Source: Methanopyrus kandleri AV19
GTDB lineage: Archaea > JAADCQ01 > Methanopyri > Methanopyrales > Methanopyraceae
Direction: 5' to 3'
Assembly (NCBI RefSeq): GCF_000007185.1
Contig: NC_003551.1
Location: 750,001-782,000 of the forward strand
DNA length: 32,000 nucleotides
The notes under the pieces are model-generated. The model was given only the letters and a program-made list of their open reading frames with translations. It searched no databases and was not told the DNA's origin. How positions within the stretch are numbered: the first letter of the stretch is position 1; the number at the start of each line of letters is the position of its first letter. Made by a program: the position numbers and the translations under genes. Below are positions 7,753-15,932 of the stretch, piece by piece.

Positions 7753-9056
7753 AGGTCCTGGTCATCTCCCCAGAGTATTACACCTACGGAGCCATAGTAG
7801 TCGCGGGAGTTTGCGAGGAACACGGTCATAGCACTATCCTCCGACGTTCACCCGATCCGGAGGCCCTCAAGCGGGCGGACGTGCTGATACTATCCCTCCA
7901 CACCACCCTACACCTCCTCGATGAGGATATCCTCGAGATAGCTCGCCAGGCCCACGAGTTCGGTAAACCTGTGATCGTCGGCGGACCAGTTTCTCAAGTT
8001 CCGGAGCTCGTTTTAGAGAGGTTTCCCAACGCGATCGTGGCTAAAGGTGAGGCGGAGACGGGGCTTCCTCCGCTCCTCCAGACCTTGGAGGACGAAGGAG
8101 ACTTCGAAGACGTCGAGGGAATCGCGCTCCTGAGGGACGGTGAAATCGTCGACACCGGCTGGCCTCCACCCGCCGATCTAGATGGACCCAGCCCACTCAA
8201 GGTTCCGCGCGACCTCGGTCGGCAAGACGTCCGCGGAGCGAACGTGTACATAGAGACGCATCGCGGCTGCCCGGGTGCGTGTACCTTCTGCCAGGTTCCG
8301 GAGTTCTTCGGACGCCGTGTCCGCTGGAAGCCCGTAGAGGCGGTTCTCGAGGAAGTCAGGGAGCTTACGCGAGGTGGTGCCCGTCGCTTCGCGATCTCCG
8401 GGGGGACCGTCACGACCTACGGCGACGACGAGGAAGATTTCGTCGAGCTCCTCAAACGCCTCGCGGACCTCCTCGGTCGCGAGAACGTTTCCGCTCCCGA
8501 CGTTCGTGCCGATCTCCTGAACGAGCGCCTCCTCGAGGCTATCCGCGATTACACGATCGGTTGGATCTTCCTCGGGATCGAGAGCGGTAGTGATAGGATC
8601 CTCCGTGCCATGCGCAAGGGCATCACCGTCGACGACGTCTGCGAAGCCGTCGAACTGGCCCGGACAGTCGGCGTCCGTGTCGCCGGCTCGTTCATCGTCG
8701 GTTATCCGGGCGAGACCGAGGACGATCTTGAAGCTACCGAGGAGTTACTCACCGAGCTGAACCTCGACGACGTGTTCATCAACCTCGCCGAGCCCATCCC
8801 CGGTACCGAGCTCGGCCGCCTCGTTACCGAGCTTCCCGAGGAGGAGATTCCCGTCCTCCGGCCGGGCGAGCAGCTCGAGACCGAGGCTGGCGACCGCGCC
8901 CTCCAGCTTCAGCTCACAGCCTTCACGACCCTTAGTCGCCCAGTTCCTCTCACGGACGACGTGTTTCACGAGGCCCTCCACAACATTCGCGAGGACGAGC
9001 GCAAGGTTCTCCGGATAACCCGGTTCCTACGCGGTGCCCAGGGGTGTACCGGATGA
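7749..9056 (+). CDS. B12-binding domain / radical SAM protein (class B rSAM)
   Basis: 435 aa. The N-terminal Rossmann-like cobalamin-binding region (KVLVISPEYYTYG...LILSLHTT...VIVGGP) is followed by the CxxxCxxC cluster motif HRGCPGACTFCQ. There is an ATGA overlap with mmp3. Confidence 0.85.
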   Translation: MKVLVISPEYYTYGAIVVAGVCEEHGHSTILRRSPDPEALKRADVLILSLHTTLHLLDEDILEIARQAHEFGKPVIVGGPVSQVPELVLERFPNAIVAKGEAETGLPPLLQTLEDEGDFEDVEGIALLRDGEIVDTGWPPPADLDGPSPLKVPRDLGRQDVRGANVYIETHRGCPGACTFCQVPEFFGRRVRWKPVEAVLEEVRELTRGGARRFAISGGTVTTYGDDEEDFVELLKRLADLLGRENVSAPDVRADLLNERLLEAIRDYTIGWIFLGIESGSDRILRAMRKGITVDDVCEAVELARTVGVRVAGSFIVGYPGETEDDLEATEELLTELNLDDVFINLAEPIPGTELGRLVTELPEEEIPVLRPGEQLETEAGDRALQLQLTAFTTLSRPVPLTDDVFHEALHNIREDERKVLRITRFLRGAQGCTG

Positions 9057-10315
9057 GGATCGCGATACTCGGCGGTACCGGCGCCATGGGCCGTCTTATC
9101 GCCCGCGAGCTCCGTGACGACGGTCATGAGGTAGTTATCACTGGTTCTAACCCTCACACCGCCGAACGCGTCGCCCGCGAGCTCGACGTCGAGGCTGCTC
9201 CGACCAACGTCGATGCCGCCAAAGATGCCGACGTTGTGGTGGTTTCCGTCCCCATCTCCGTGACTGAAGACGTCATCCGTGAGGTCGCACCACACGTTCC
9301 TGAGGGTTCCCTCCTCACCGACGTGACCTCCGTCAAGGTTCGTCCCGTTCGCGCTATGCTCGAGCACGCTCCCGAGGATGTGTACGTCCTCGGAACTCAC
9401 CCCCTCTTCGGCCCCACGGTCCCCAGTCTCCGCGGTCAGACCGTCATCCTCACGCCCACGGAGCGTAGTGGTCCCTGGACTCGCCGCGTTCGTCGTTATC
9501 TCGAGCGGAAAGGCGCTCGAGTCGTTGAGACCACCCCGGAGGAACACGATCGCACTATGGCCGTCGTTCAGTGCCTCACCCATGCTGTCCTCCTCGCTGC
9601 AGGCGCCGCCATAGGCCGTTTCCTCCCAAGTCTCGAGCTCGACATCGAAGAGGTCGCCAGCCCCGTGTATCGCCTACTCATGGACGTCGTGGGTCGTATC
9701 GCCGGGCAGGATCCACGTCTTTACGCCGAGATCCAAGCCTTCAACCCCTACGGTGACGAAGCCCGTGAAGAGCTCCTCCGCGCCCTCAGACGCTTCCACG
9801 AGCACGCCCACGACCATAACGCCCTTACCGAGTACATAGCGGAGAGCCGGGAGAGACTCGGCCGAGAGCTCGATCTCGAAGCCTGTCAGCGTCGTACCGA
9901 CAAACTCCTGTCGTACCTGGCCGACGAACTCAGGATCCTACAGGAGGGAATCGAGGCCATCCTCCTCGACGTGTACACGAACGAGGCCCTTGAGGGTGAG
10001 GTTACGGGTGATCGGGATACAATCCGATTAGACGGCCGTGAACTACCCCGAGACCGTTACAAGATCCTCCCAAGGTGTCCCAAAGAGCTTGCACACTTCG
10101 ACGGTGAAGTTACAGTTCTAGAGTTGCGTACAGGTGCGGATCCCGGGGACGTCGCGGCCGTAGTGGACGCTCTCGGCCGTAACTTGCGTGCACTACGGGC
10201 CGAGCGTCGGGGCGAACGTGTACGCGTTGAAGTCGAATACACCGGCAAGGAATCGCTCGAGGGATTACTCCGAAAGCTACGCGCCCTGGGACTGGAAGTG
10301 CGGGTTGCTCGATGA
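9053..10315 (+). CDS. tyrA: prephenate dehydrogenase TyrA with a C-terminal ACT-like domain
   Basis: The sequence has MRIAILGGTGAMG (NAD fold), VVSVPI, LTDVTSVK, THPLFGP and EHDRTMAVVQCLTH. The last ~70 aa follow a beta-alpha-beta-beta-alpha-beta ACT-like pattern. I prefer the ATG at 9053 (ATGA overlap) to 9044. Confidence 0.85.
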   Translation: MRIAILGGTGAMGRLIARELRDDGHEVVITGSNPHTAERVARELDVEAAPTNVDAAKDADVVVVSVPISVTEDVIREVAPHVPEGSLLTDVTSVKVRPVRAMLEHAPEDVYVLGTHPLFGPTVPSLRGQTVILTPTERSGPWTRRVRRYLERKGARVVETTPEEHDRTMAVVQCLTHAVLLAAGAAIGRFLPSLELDIEEVASPVYRLLMDVVGRIAGQDPRLYAEIQAFNPYGDEAREELLRALRRFHEHAHDHNALTEYIAESRERLGRELDLEACQRRTDKLLSYLADELRILQEGIEAILLDVYTNEALEGEVTGDRDTIRLDGRELPRDRYKILPRCPKELAHFDGEVTVLELRTGADPGDVAAVVDALGRNLRALRAERRGERVRVEVEYTGKESLEGLLRKLRALGLEVRVAR

Positions 10316-10337
10316 TAGGCACACGTCGGACTCCGGG

Positions 10338-10367
10338 TTTCAACTGGACTTTAAAAAAGTGTTTATT
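10338..10367. terminator. AT-rich convergent terminator zone between tyrA and fsr
   Basis: The sequence is gggTTTcaactggacTTTAAAAAAgtgTTTATT. The - strand reads T6 (10358-10353) 5 nt after the fsr TAA. The + strand carries the tracts TTT, TTT and TTTATT. Archaeal termination uses oligo-T tracts. Confidence 0.45.
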
Positions 10368-12369
10368 GGGAGAGGACCCGCCGGATCGCCTCTGTGAACT
10401 GTCGAAGTCCGTGTTTGCGGATCGTGTCGGCCAACCGCTCTTTCTGCGGTTCTTCCGCCAGTTCCCGATACGTTTCGATCACGGTGTGAGCGATCGTAGG
10501 TATGCTGTCAGGGTCGGCGAAAACGTCCAACCTGGCTCCTTCGACGGGTTCTCGCCCTCCTTTACCCCCGATCCAGACGATGATGCCCTCCTTCTCGGCG
10601 TACCTGGCTTCCTCCGGACAGACGTTGATACACTTGCCACAGTAGACGCAACGCTTGTAATCGGTGTCCGCCACCGCCGCCTGTCCTCCCACAGTGATGA
10701 TTCGGATCGCGTCGACCTTACAGGCATCCACACACTGACCGCATCCAGTGCACTTCTCCGGGTCCACTCCGGGCCTCACGGCGCCGGCGAAACCGAGGTC
10801 ATGGTGTTGAGGTCGAACGCAGCTGTTCGTGCATCCGGATAGCGCGATCTTGAACTTATACGGGGTGGGCTCTTCCGCTAGTTCTTCCTCTAGCTTTCTG
10901 GCGAGCTCTTCGGTGTTCAAAATGCCCGAAGAGCAGTTGTCCTTCCCCGGGCATGCCATGATCGTTCGGACGAGGGGACCCTCGGACCCCGTGTTCAGTC
11001 CGGTCTCTCGGAGCCGTTCCACGACTTCGGGTATCTCTGTAGCTGGGATACCATGGATCTCGAGCTGCTGCCGGTCGGTGAACTTGGCCCTGTAACCTTC
11101 TTCGAGGAACCCCGAAATCGCCCGGAAGATGTCGGGATCGTCGACCCAGCCACCTGGACCGACCTTTAGCCTGACCGCAAAGGTACCGTCCGCCCGGGTG
11201 ATGACTCCTCCGTAGTCTCCGACCCAAAACGGTGGAACTTTCCGCCCCTCTTTCAGCCGATTCTTCGCCTCTTTCATGGCCCAGTCGCACTTGAGCTTTG
11301 CGAGCCTTCGCACATCCGACCCGTTAACGGCATCTCGAAGCCGTAGATACCCGGCCTCGACAGCACCTTCAACGAGTTCTTCACCGGTCTCGCTGCGGAT
11401 GAGGAGGGTGGTAACTCCTTCGGGAGTTCCTACGGAGCCGACGGAGACGTCGGCTAGTCTGGCGGTGAAGTCGTTACAGATACGGCAGCCTTCGGGGATC
11501 GCCTCTTCAAACTCCTTCACATCGTACTCCTTAGTTTCACCGCCTGATATCTCGACGCGGAGCTTTCCTGAAGTGATATCGAATCGCTCCACGTCCTCGA
11601 TATCGACACCTTTCTCTCTCAGGAGCTTCACAAGGCCTTCGTACTCGAAGTTTTTGGTACAGAATAGTCCGATAGTGGCTACGACTTCCGGGAGCTTCTC
11701 GGCCGGACTCCCGTCGATGTTGCGCAAGGCCCGTGCGCCTTTAGCTACTATCTCGAAGTGCTGAATCTTTGCGAGCCCATTCACCTGGCAGGGGAGACCT
11801 ATCGCGAGCACACGCTCAATACCACGATCCGCGGCTTCAGCCAGAGCCTCAACCAGTCCAACGCGTGTGTACTTGGATCCGGCCAGGTCCTTCACCTTTT
11901 CGGGATCTTCTACGACGGTAACACACGGCTTCCAAGCGGAGCCGGCGGTCACTCCGACGACGGCATCGGCGAGACCTTCTTCGAGGGCGTATCGGGCTAG
12001 TGCCGTAACGGCGCCTCCATCTTGACCGAGTTCTCGGAGGTCGGAATCGGCGGCGACAGCCCCTACTGCACGCCGGTAACCGCCTGTGAGAGGTTCGTAG
12101 TCGCGGCCTGCGATACGTAGCCCGAGATGGTAGGCTGCGGTGTCGACACGCGGGCACACAGTGTGACAGTTACCTGTTCCCTTCCGGGCGCACTCCTCAG
12201 TGAGTCGCGGGCCCTCGTCCGTGAGCTCGATTATCCCGCCCGGGCAGATCGCGACACAAGTGCCGCATAGTGCACAGGCCCCGGGCTCGACGACTTCCTC
12301 GGTAAGTTTCCACTCGAATTCTTCTGTCAAGTAGTGTCCCCCGTGCTCTGATGTGACGATACTCCGCAC
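10363..12369 (-). CDS. fsr: coenzyme F420-dependent sulfite reductase (Fsr): FrhB/FpoF-like F420H2 dehydrogenase fused to a siroheme sulfite reductase
   Basis: 668 aa with a GTG start. The N-terminal half has the 2x[4Fe-4S] motifs CALCGTCVAICP and CHTVCP plus an FrhB-like region (GQDGGAVTAL, GLPCQ). The C-terminal half has nitrite/sulfite reductase motifs (MACPGKDNCSSG, SGCTNSCVRP) and the ferredoxin insert CTGCGQCVDAC...CVYCGKCINVCP. Confidence 0.85.
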   Translation of the reverse strand: MRSIVTSEHGGHYLTEEFEWKLTEEVVEPGACALCGTCVAICPGGIIELTDEGPRLTEECARKGTGNCHTVCPRVDTAAYHLGLRIAGRDYEPLTGGYRRAVGAVAADSDLRELGQDGGAVTALARYALEEGLADAVVGVTAGSAWKPCVTVVEDPEKVKDLAGSKYTRVGLVEALAEAADRGIERVLAIGLPCQVNGLAKIQHFEIVAKGARALRNIDGSPAEKLPEVVATIGLFCTKNFEYEGLVKLLREKGVDIEDVERFDITSGKLRVEISGGETKEYDVKEFEEAIPEGCRICNDFTARLADVSVGSVGTPEGVTTLLIRSETGEELVEGAVEAGYLRLRDAVNGSDVRRLAKLKCDWAMKEAKNRLKEGRKVPPFWVGDYGGVITRADGTFAVRLKVGPGGWVDDPDIFRAISGFLEEGYRAKFTDRQQLEIHGIPATEIPEVVERLRETGLNTGSEGPLVRTIMACPGKDNCSSGILNTEELARKLEEELAEEPTPYKFKIALSGCTNSCVRPQHHDLGFAGAVRPGVDPEKCTGCGQCVDACKVDAIRIITVGGQAAVADTDYKRCVYCGKCINVCPEEARYAEKEGIIVWIGGKGGREPVEGARLDVFADPDSIPTIAHTVIETYRELAEEPQKERLADTIRKHGLRQFTEAIRRVLSQ

Positions 12370-12388
12370 ACATCCACGAGGCTGGATC

Positions 12389-12396
12389 TATATATA
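12389..12396. promoter_or_regulatory. symmetric TATA box (TATATATA) shared by fsr and the divergent regulator gene
   Basis: The box sits in a 61-nt spacer. Its centre is ~23 nt from the fsr GTG (12369), which implies a near-leaderless transcript. It is ~39 nt from the ATG at 12431, which has GGTGGGGG as a possible SD. Confidence 0.55.
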
Positions 12397-12430
12397 CATT
12401 CCGATTAGGCTTAGACCGGTGGGGGTGCCG

Positions 12431-12814
12431 ATGCTCGCAGACGTTCCCTTCGTCACCGTCCGAAGGCTCAACGTTACGGTCCGGGACGTACTTAGATGCG
12501 TGCTCGGGCTTCGGGACGTCGAGGTAGACACGTACTTTGCATTGCTCGAGCGCGGTGAAGCCACGGTATACGATCTGGCGGAGGAACTAGATCGCGACCG
12601 TACGACGGTCCAAAAAGCGCTGAAAAGCCTGGTATACGCGGGTTTAGTCACGCGTCGCAAGGAAACCCGGCCGCGCGGTGGGTTCGTGTACGTGTACAAG
12701 GCGGTACCCTTTGAGGAGGCGCGGAAAATAGTCCTTAGGGCGCTCGACGAATGGTACGAGGCAGTAAAGGATGCTTTGGAGCGTGCGGATGTTCCGAGGT
12801 CCGGCCCGGAGTGA
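12431..12814 (+). CDS. TrmB/MarR-like winged-helix transcriptional regulator
   Basis: The wHTH pattern is LGLRDVEVDTYFALLERGEATVYDLAEELDRDRTTVQKALKSLVYAGLVTRRKE. I prefer the ATG at 12431 to the ORF-track start at 12353, which would lie inside the promoter. Confidence 0.7.
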   Translation: MLADVPFVTVRRLNVTVRDVLRCVLGLRDVEVDTYFALLERGEATVYDLAEELDRDRTTVQKALKSLVYAGLVTRRKETRPRGGFVYVYKAVPFEEARKIVLRALDEWYEAVKDALERADVPRSGPE

Positions 12815-13422
12815 TTCAATCCCCTGACGGCACGTACGTGGTGAGGCTGGCACTTCCGCCGGGATTCGTCAAGGCTGAGATACTGAGGACCGTGGCGGAG
12901 CTCGCGGAACGGTACGCGAGCGGTGAAGTGCATATCACGGTGCGACAAGGTCTGGAGATCCCCGAGGTACCGCCGTCGAAGTTAGATGATCTCCTGCGTA
13001 AGCTCAGGGAGCTCGGCTTGGAGCCCGGATCGACGGGTCCTCGCGTTCGTCAGGTGACCTGCTGTCCGGGCACCAGGACGTGTGCCAACGCACTCACGGA
13101 CCCCGTACCATTGGCTCGGAAGTTGCACGAAGAGTTCTTGGACGTGTGGGTGCCGGCCAAAGTCAAGATCGCCGTCTCGGGTTGCCCTCGGGGCTGCACG
13201 CGGCCGAGTGAGAATGACCTGGGCCTGGTAGCAGTAGGTGGGGATGAATGGGAACTCCTGGTCGGGGGTTATAGAGTCGCTAGACTACCGGAACAGGACG
13301 TCATCGATGCCGTCGAGTTGACGCTCGAATGGTACGCCTCGGAAGCCCCACCAGGGACGAGGTTGCACCGGTTCGTTACGGATCGTGTTTCGGAACTTCG
13401 CGACGTGCTCGAGAGATTATGA
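12811..13422 (+). CDS. small sulfite/nitrite reductase-like protein (Dsr-like, siroheme-[4Fe-4S] motif)
   Basis: ~203 aa from the GTG at 12811, which overlaps the regulator stop (GTGA). The complete CX5C...CX3C motif is present (CCPGTRTC ... SGCPRGC), preceded by a ferredoxin-like half domain (HITVRQGLEIPEV). Confidence 0.75.
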   Translation: MIQSPDGTYVVRLALPPGFVKAEILRTVAELAERYASGEVHITVRQGLEIPEVPPSKLDDLLRKLRELGLEPGSTGPRVRQVTCCPGTRTCANALTDPVPLARKLHEEFLDVWVPAKVKIAVSGCPRGCTRPSENDLGLVAVGGDEWELLVGGYRVARLPEQDVIDAVELTLEWYASEAPPGTRLHRFVTDRVSELRDVLERL

Positions 13423-14641
13423 GCCATAGGAACTGCCCGTACACCGGGAGCTTGAGGCCTATGTAGGCTCCTATCGATGCCGCGAGAAGCAACGGGACGA
13501 TCCAAACGGGCCTGCGTCGGTGCTGTGTAGGAAGTTCGCCTAGCCCTTCGGAGTATTCGACGTGGACCGTAGGTTCACCGTCTCTCGCGTAGAAGGCGAG
13601 TATGACCCCGGCGACCTCTAGAGAACGCTCCGTAGTCCTCACCACTCCGATTCCGGTCGGCGAGTAACCTGGCTCCTTTATCAACGTACCTTCCCTCACG
13701 ACCCCCAGTCTCGTTCCTTCAATCCTCACCTCGGCGGCCCGCAGCTCGGACCCTCCGTACACGATCAGGTATCGATCGACACCGTACGAGACGATCGCGG
13801 GCCGAACATCGGTAGCGTCAGCTACCTTCACGTCGGACGCTATTTTCCACGCCGTCCCCTTAACCAGTAGCGCTGCGTGTACACCGTCGGCGCCGACGTA
13901 CGCTAAAACGTTGTCCAAGAGAACGGGTCTCGTCCCCGGGACGGGGATTGGAGCACCGTCGATCGTCGGGTGGGCGGGATCGGTTAAGTTAACAGCCACG
14001 ACTTCGGTTCCCGCCGGAGTCTCGTACGCCACGAGGAGATACGTAGTCACAGGACGTCCGGCTACCGAAACGGAGAACCTCTCGACAGGACCTGGAGCGG
14101 ATAACTTGAGCTCCACGGGCTGACCTTGCTCGTCCGTGATCCATCTCCAGACGCCGTCGACGTTTCCGAACACCCTCACCCGCAGCTTCCCCTCGCACCG
14201 GTACACGAGTGCGAAGGTGGAATCGTCCACCCGGACCGGCACAGCCGCGTCGCCTCGGACACTCAATCCCGTCCACAGTACGGCGCAAACGTTGTCACTG
14301 TACTCGACGAGATCGACGTCGATCCTGGGCCCTTCCGGCGTCATGAGCGGTACAGTCAGCACGAACGTTGCCAGATCACGCTCCCCGCGCCATGGGGCCG
14401 CAGCCGGATAACTGGCCACGGGTGTCCTGATCCCGGTCTTGACTAGTACCCTCCCGTCGGCCTTCGCCACCGCTATGCCGAGTCCCTCAGGGGATTTCCA
14501 AGCTATCAACGCATGATCCGACTGGAGGGCGAGGGCCGGTGGATTGGATGCAGTCCCGGGACCCGGGACGTCCGCCGGGCCCAGCTCCGCCGCCTGAGAA
14601 GGACCCGCGAGCAGCAGTAACGTGAACAGCATCGGCAGCAT
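13376..14641 (-). CDS. secreted, membrane-anchored beta-rich hypothetical protein (ORFan-like)
   Basis: 421 aa. The N-terminal signal peptide is MLPMLFTLLLLAGPSQA/AE, and the C-terminal TM helix is VWIVPLLLAASIGAYIGL followed by a basic tail. I recognise no family. Confidence 0.6.
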   Translation of the reverse strand: MLPMLFTLLLLAGPSQAAELGPADVPGPGTASNPPALALQSDHALIAWKSPEGLGIAVAKADGRVLVKTGIRTPVASYPAAAPWRGERDLATFVLTVPLMTPEGPRIDVDLVEYSDNVCAVLWTGLSVRGDAAVPVRVDDSTFALVYRCEGKLRVRVFGNVDGVWRWITDEQGQPVELKLSAPGPVERFSVSVAGRPVTTYLLVAYETPAGTEVVAVNLTDPAHPTIDGAPIPVPGTRPVLLDNVLAYVGADGVHAALLVKGTAWKIASDVKVADATDVRPAIVSYGVDRYLIVYGGSELRAAEVRIEGTRLGVVREGTLIKEPGYSPTGIGVVRTTERSLEVAGVILAFYARDGEPTVHVEYSEGLGELPTQHRRRPVWIVPLLLAASIGAYIGLKLPVYGQFLWLIISRARREVPKHDP

Positions 14642-14674
14642 CCGAGGCCCCGGAAGCGAGTGGTGATGGCGGTG

Positions 14675-14683
14675 AATAAATTT
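14675..14683. promoter_or_regulatory. AT-rich box (AATAAATTT) in the divergent spacer 14642-14700
   Basis: This is the only AT-rich element in the spacer. It lies 34-42 nt upstream of the - strand ATG (14641), which is good TATA spacing. It is only ~22 nt from the + strand TTG (14701), so which gene it serves is ambiguous. Confidence 0.4.
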
Positions 14684-14700
14684 CGCAAGGGGCTGAGAGG

Positions 14701-15237
14701 TTGGAACTTGAGCCGAGGACGGTAGTTCTCAGGCTGGGACATCGGCGCGAGCGGGACAAGCGGATCACGACGCACGTATGTCTGACGGCTCGAGCGTTCG
14801 GAGCCGCCGGTGTGCTGATCTCGGGTGACCATGATGAATCGGTGATCGAGTCCGTCGAGGACGTCGTCGAGCGATGGGGCGGCCCCTTCACCGTGCAGTG
14901 GGTGGGGAATTGGAGACGTGTGATCAAAGATTGGAAACGTTCGGGTGGATCCGTAGTTCACCTCACGATGTACGGTTTGCATATAGACGACGTGATCGGA
15001 GAGTTGCGAGGGGAGAATGAACTGCTCGTGATCGTAGGCGCCGGCAAGGTCCCTGCCGAGGTCTTCGAGCTTTCGGACTACAACGTCGCCATAGGCCATC
15101 AACCCCACTCCGAGGTGGCCGCGCTCGCCGTCTTTCTCGACCGACTCTACGAGGGCAAGGAACTTCATCGGGAGTTCGAGCGGGCTAGGTTGAGGGTCGT
15201 ACCCTCGGAGAAAGGGAAGAAGGTGGAGCGACTATGA
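14701..15237 (+). CDS. trm56: tRNA (cytidine56-2'-O)-methyltransferase aTrm56 (SPOUT)
   Basis: 178 aa with a TTG start. The sequence is near-colinear with my recollection of Pyrococcus aTrm56: [76 protein letters not shown]. Confidence 0.88.
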   Translation: MELEPRTVVLRLGHRRERDKRITTHVCLTARAFGAAGVLISGDHDESVIESVEDVVERWGGPFTVQWVGNWRRVIKDWKRSGGSVVHLTMYGLHIDDVIGELRGENELLVIVGAGKVPAEVFELSDYNVAIGHQPHSEVAALAVFLDRLYEGKELHREFERARLRVVPSEKGKKVERL

Positions 15238-15932
15238 CGGTGGAGATCGCCGTGATATCGGACGTTCATTCGAACCTCGAGGCGCTGAAGCGGGTGCTGC
15301 GGGAAGTACGATCGGCCGACATGTTGGTGTGCTGCGGCGATATCGTGGGCTACGGTCCCCGACCCGTCGAGTGCGTGGACATCGTCCGCGAGTGGTGTGA
15401 CCGGTGCGTGATGGGTAACCACGACTACGGCGTCGTCACCGGAGATGTCGCTTACTTCAACATCGCCGCGCGGATAGCCGTAGAGTGGACTCGGCGCCAG
15501 CTAGACGAGGACAGGCGGGAGTTTCTGGCGAAGTTGCCGAAGACCGAGCGGTTCGAGGTGGAAGGGGTTTCGATCTTCCTGGTACACGGGAGTCCCAGGG
15601 ATCCGATATGGGAGTACGTGTTTCCACACACTCCCAGGCAGCTGCTGGAGAAACTGGTCGATAAGGCGGGTACGGACGTTCTCATCATGGGTCACACACA
15701 CGTGCCCATGTACGACGAGGTTAACGGTTCTTACGTCCTCAACCCCGGTAGCGTAGGTCAGCCCAGGGACGGTGACCCGAGGGCGGCATTCGGTATCCTC
15801 GAAGTCTCTAACGGCAGGATAGTCTCATGGGACGTACACAGGGTAGCCTACAACGTCGATCGGACCGCCCGCGAGATCGAAGAGCGCGGTCTGCCGGAGG
15901 AGCTGGGAGCGCGGCTGTACCGTGGAGTTTAG
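15234..15932 (+). CDS. metallophosphoesterase (MJ0936/YfcE-like calcineurin-fold phosphodiesterase)
   Basis: 232 aa. The motifs are [21 protein letters not shown] and MGHTHVP. There is an ATGA overlap with trm56. Confidence 0.85.
   Translation: MTVEIAVISDVHSNLEALKRVLREVRSADMLVCCGDIVGYGPRPVECVDIVREWCDRCVMGNHDYGVVTGDVAYFNIAARIAVEWTRRQLDEDRREFLAKLPKTERFEVEGVSIFLVHGSPRDPIWEYVFPHTPRQLLEKLVDKAGTDVLIMGHTHVPMYDEVNGSYVLNPGSVGQPRDGDPRAAFGILEVSNGRIVSWDVHRVAYNVDRTAREIEERGLPEELGARLYRGV

Noticed and set aside
10694-10738. A perfect GUGAUGA with a CUGA 34 nt downstream on the + strand. Other isolated RUGAUGA hits occur at 11198, 14831, 19691, 20345, 24034 and 26468.
   Set aside because: All lie inside or antisense to coding sequence, and none has a D/D' box at the 12-nt spacing. 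This is the expected chance frequency.
14663-14696. GUGAUGG ... CUGA in the 14642-14700 spacer considered as a C/D sRNA.
   Set aside because: Only 23 nt separate the boxes, there are no internal D'/C' boxes, and there is no terminal stem. The AT-rich centre is better explained as a promoter.
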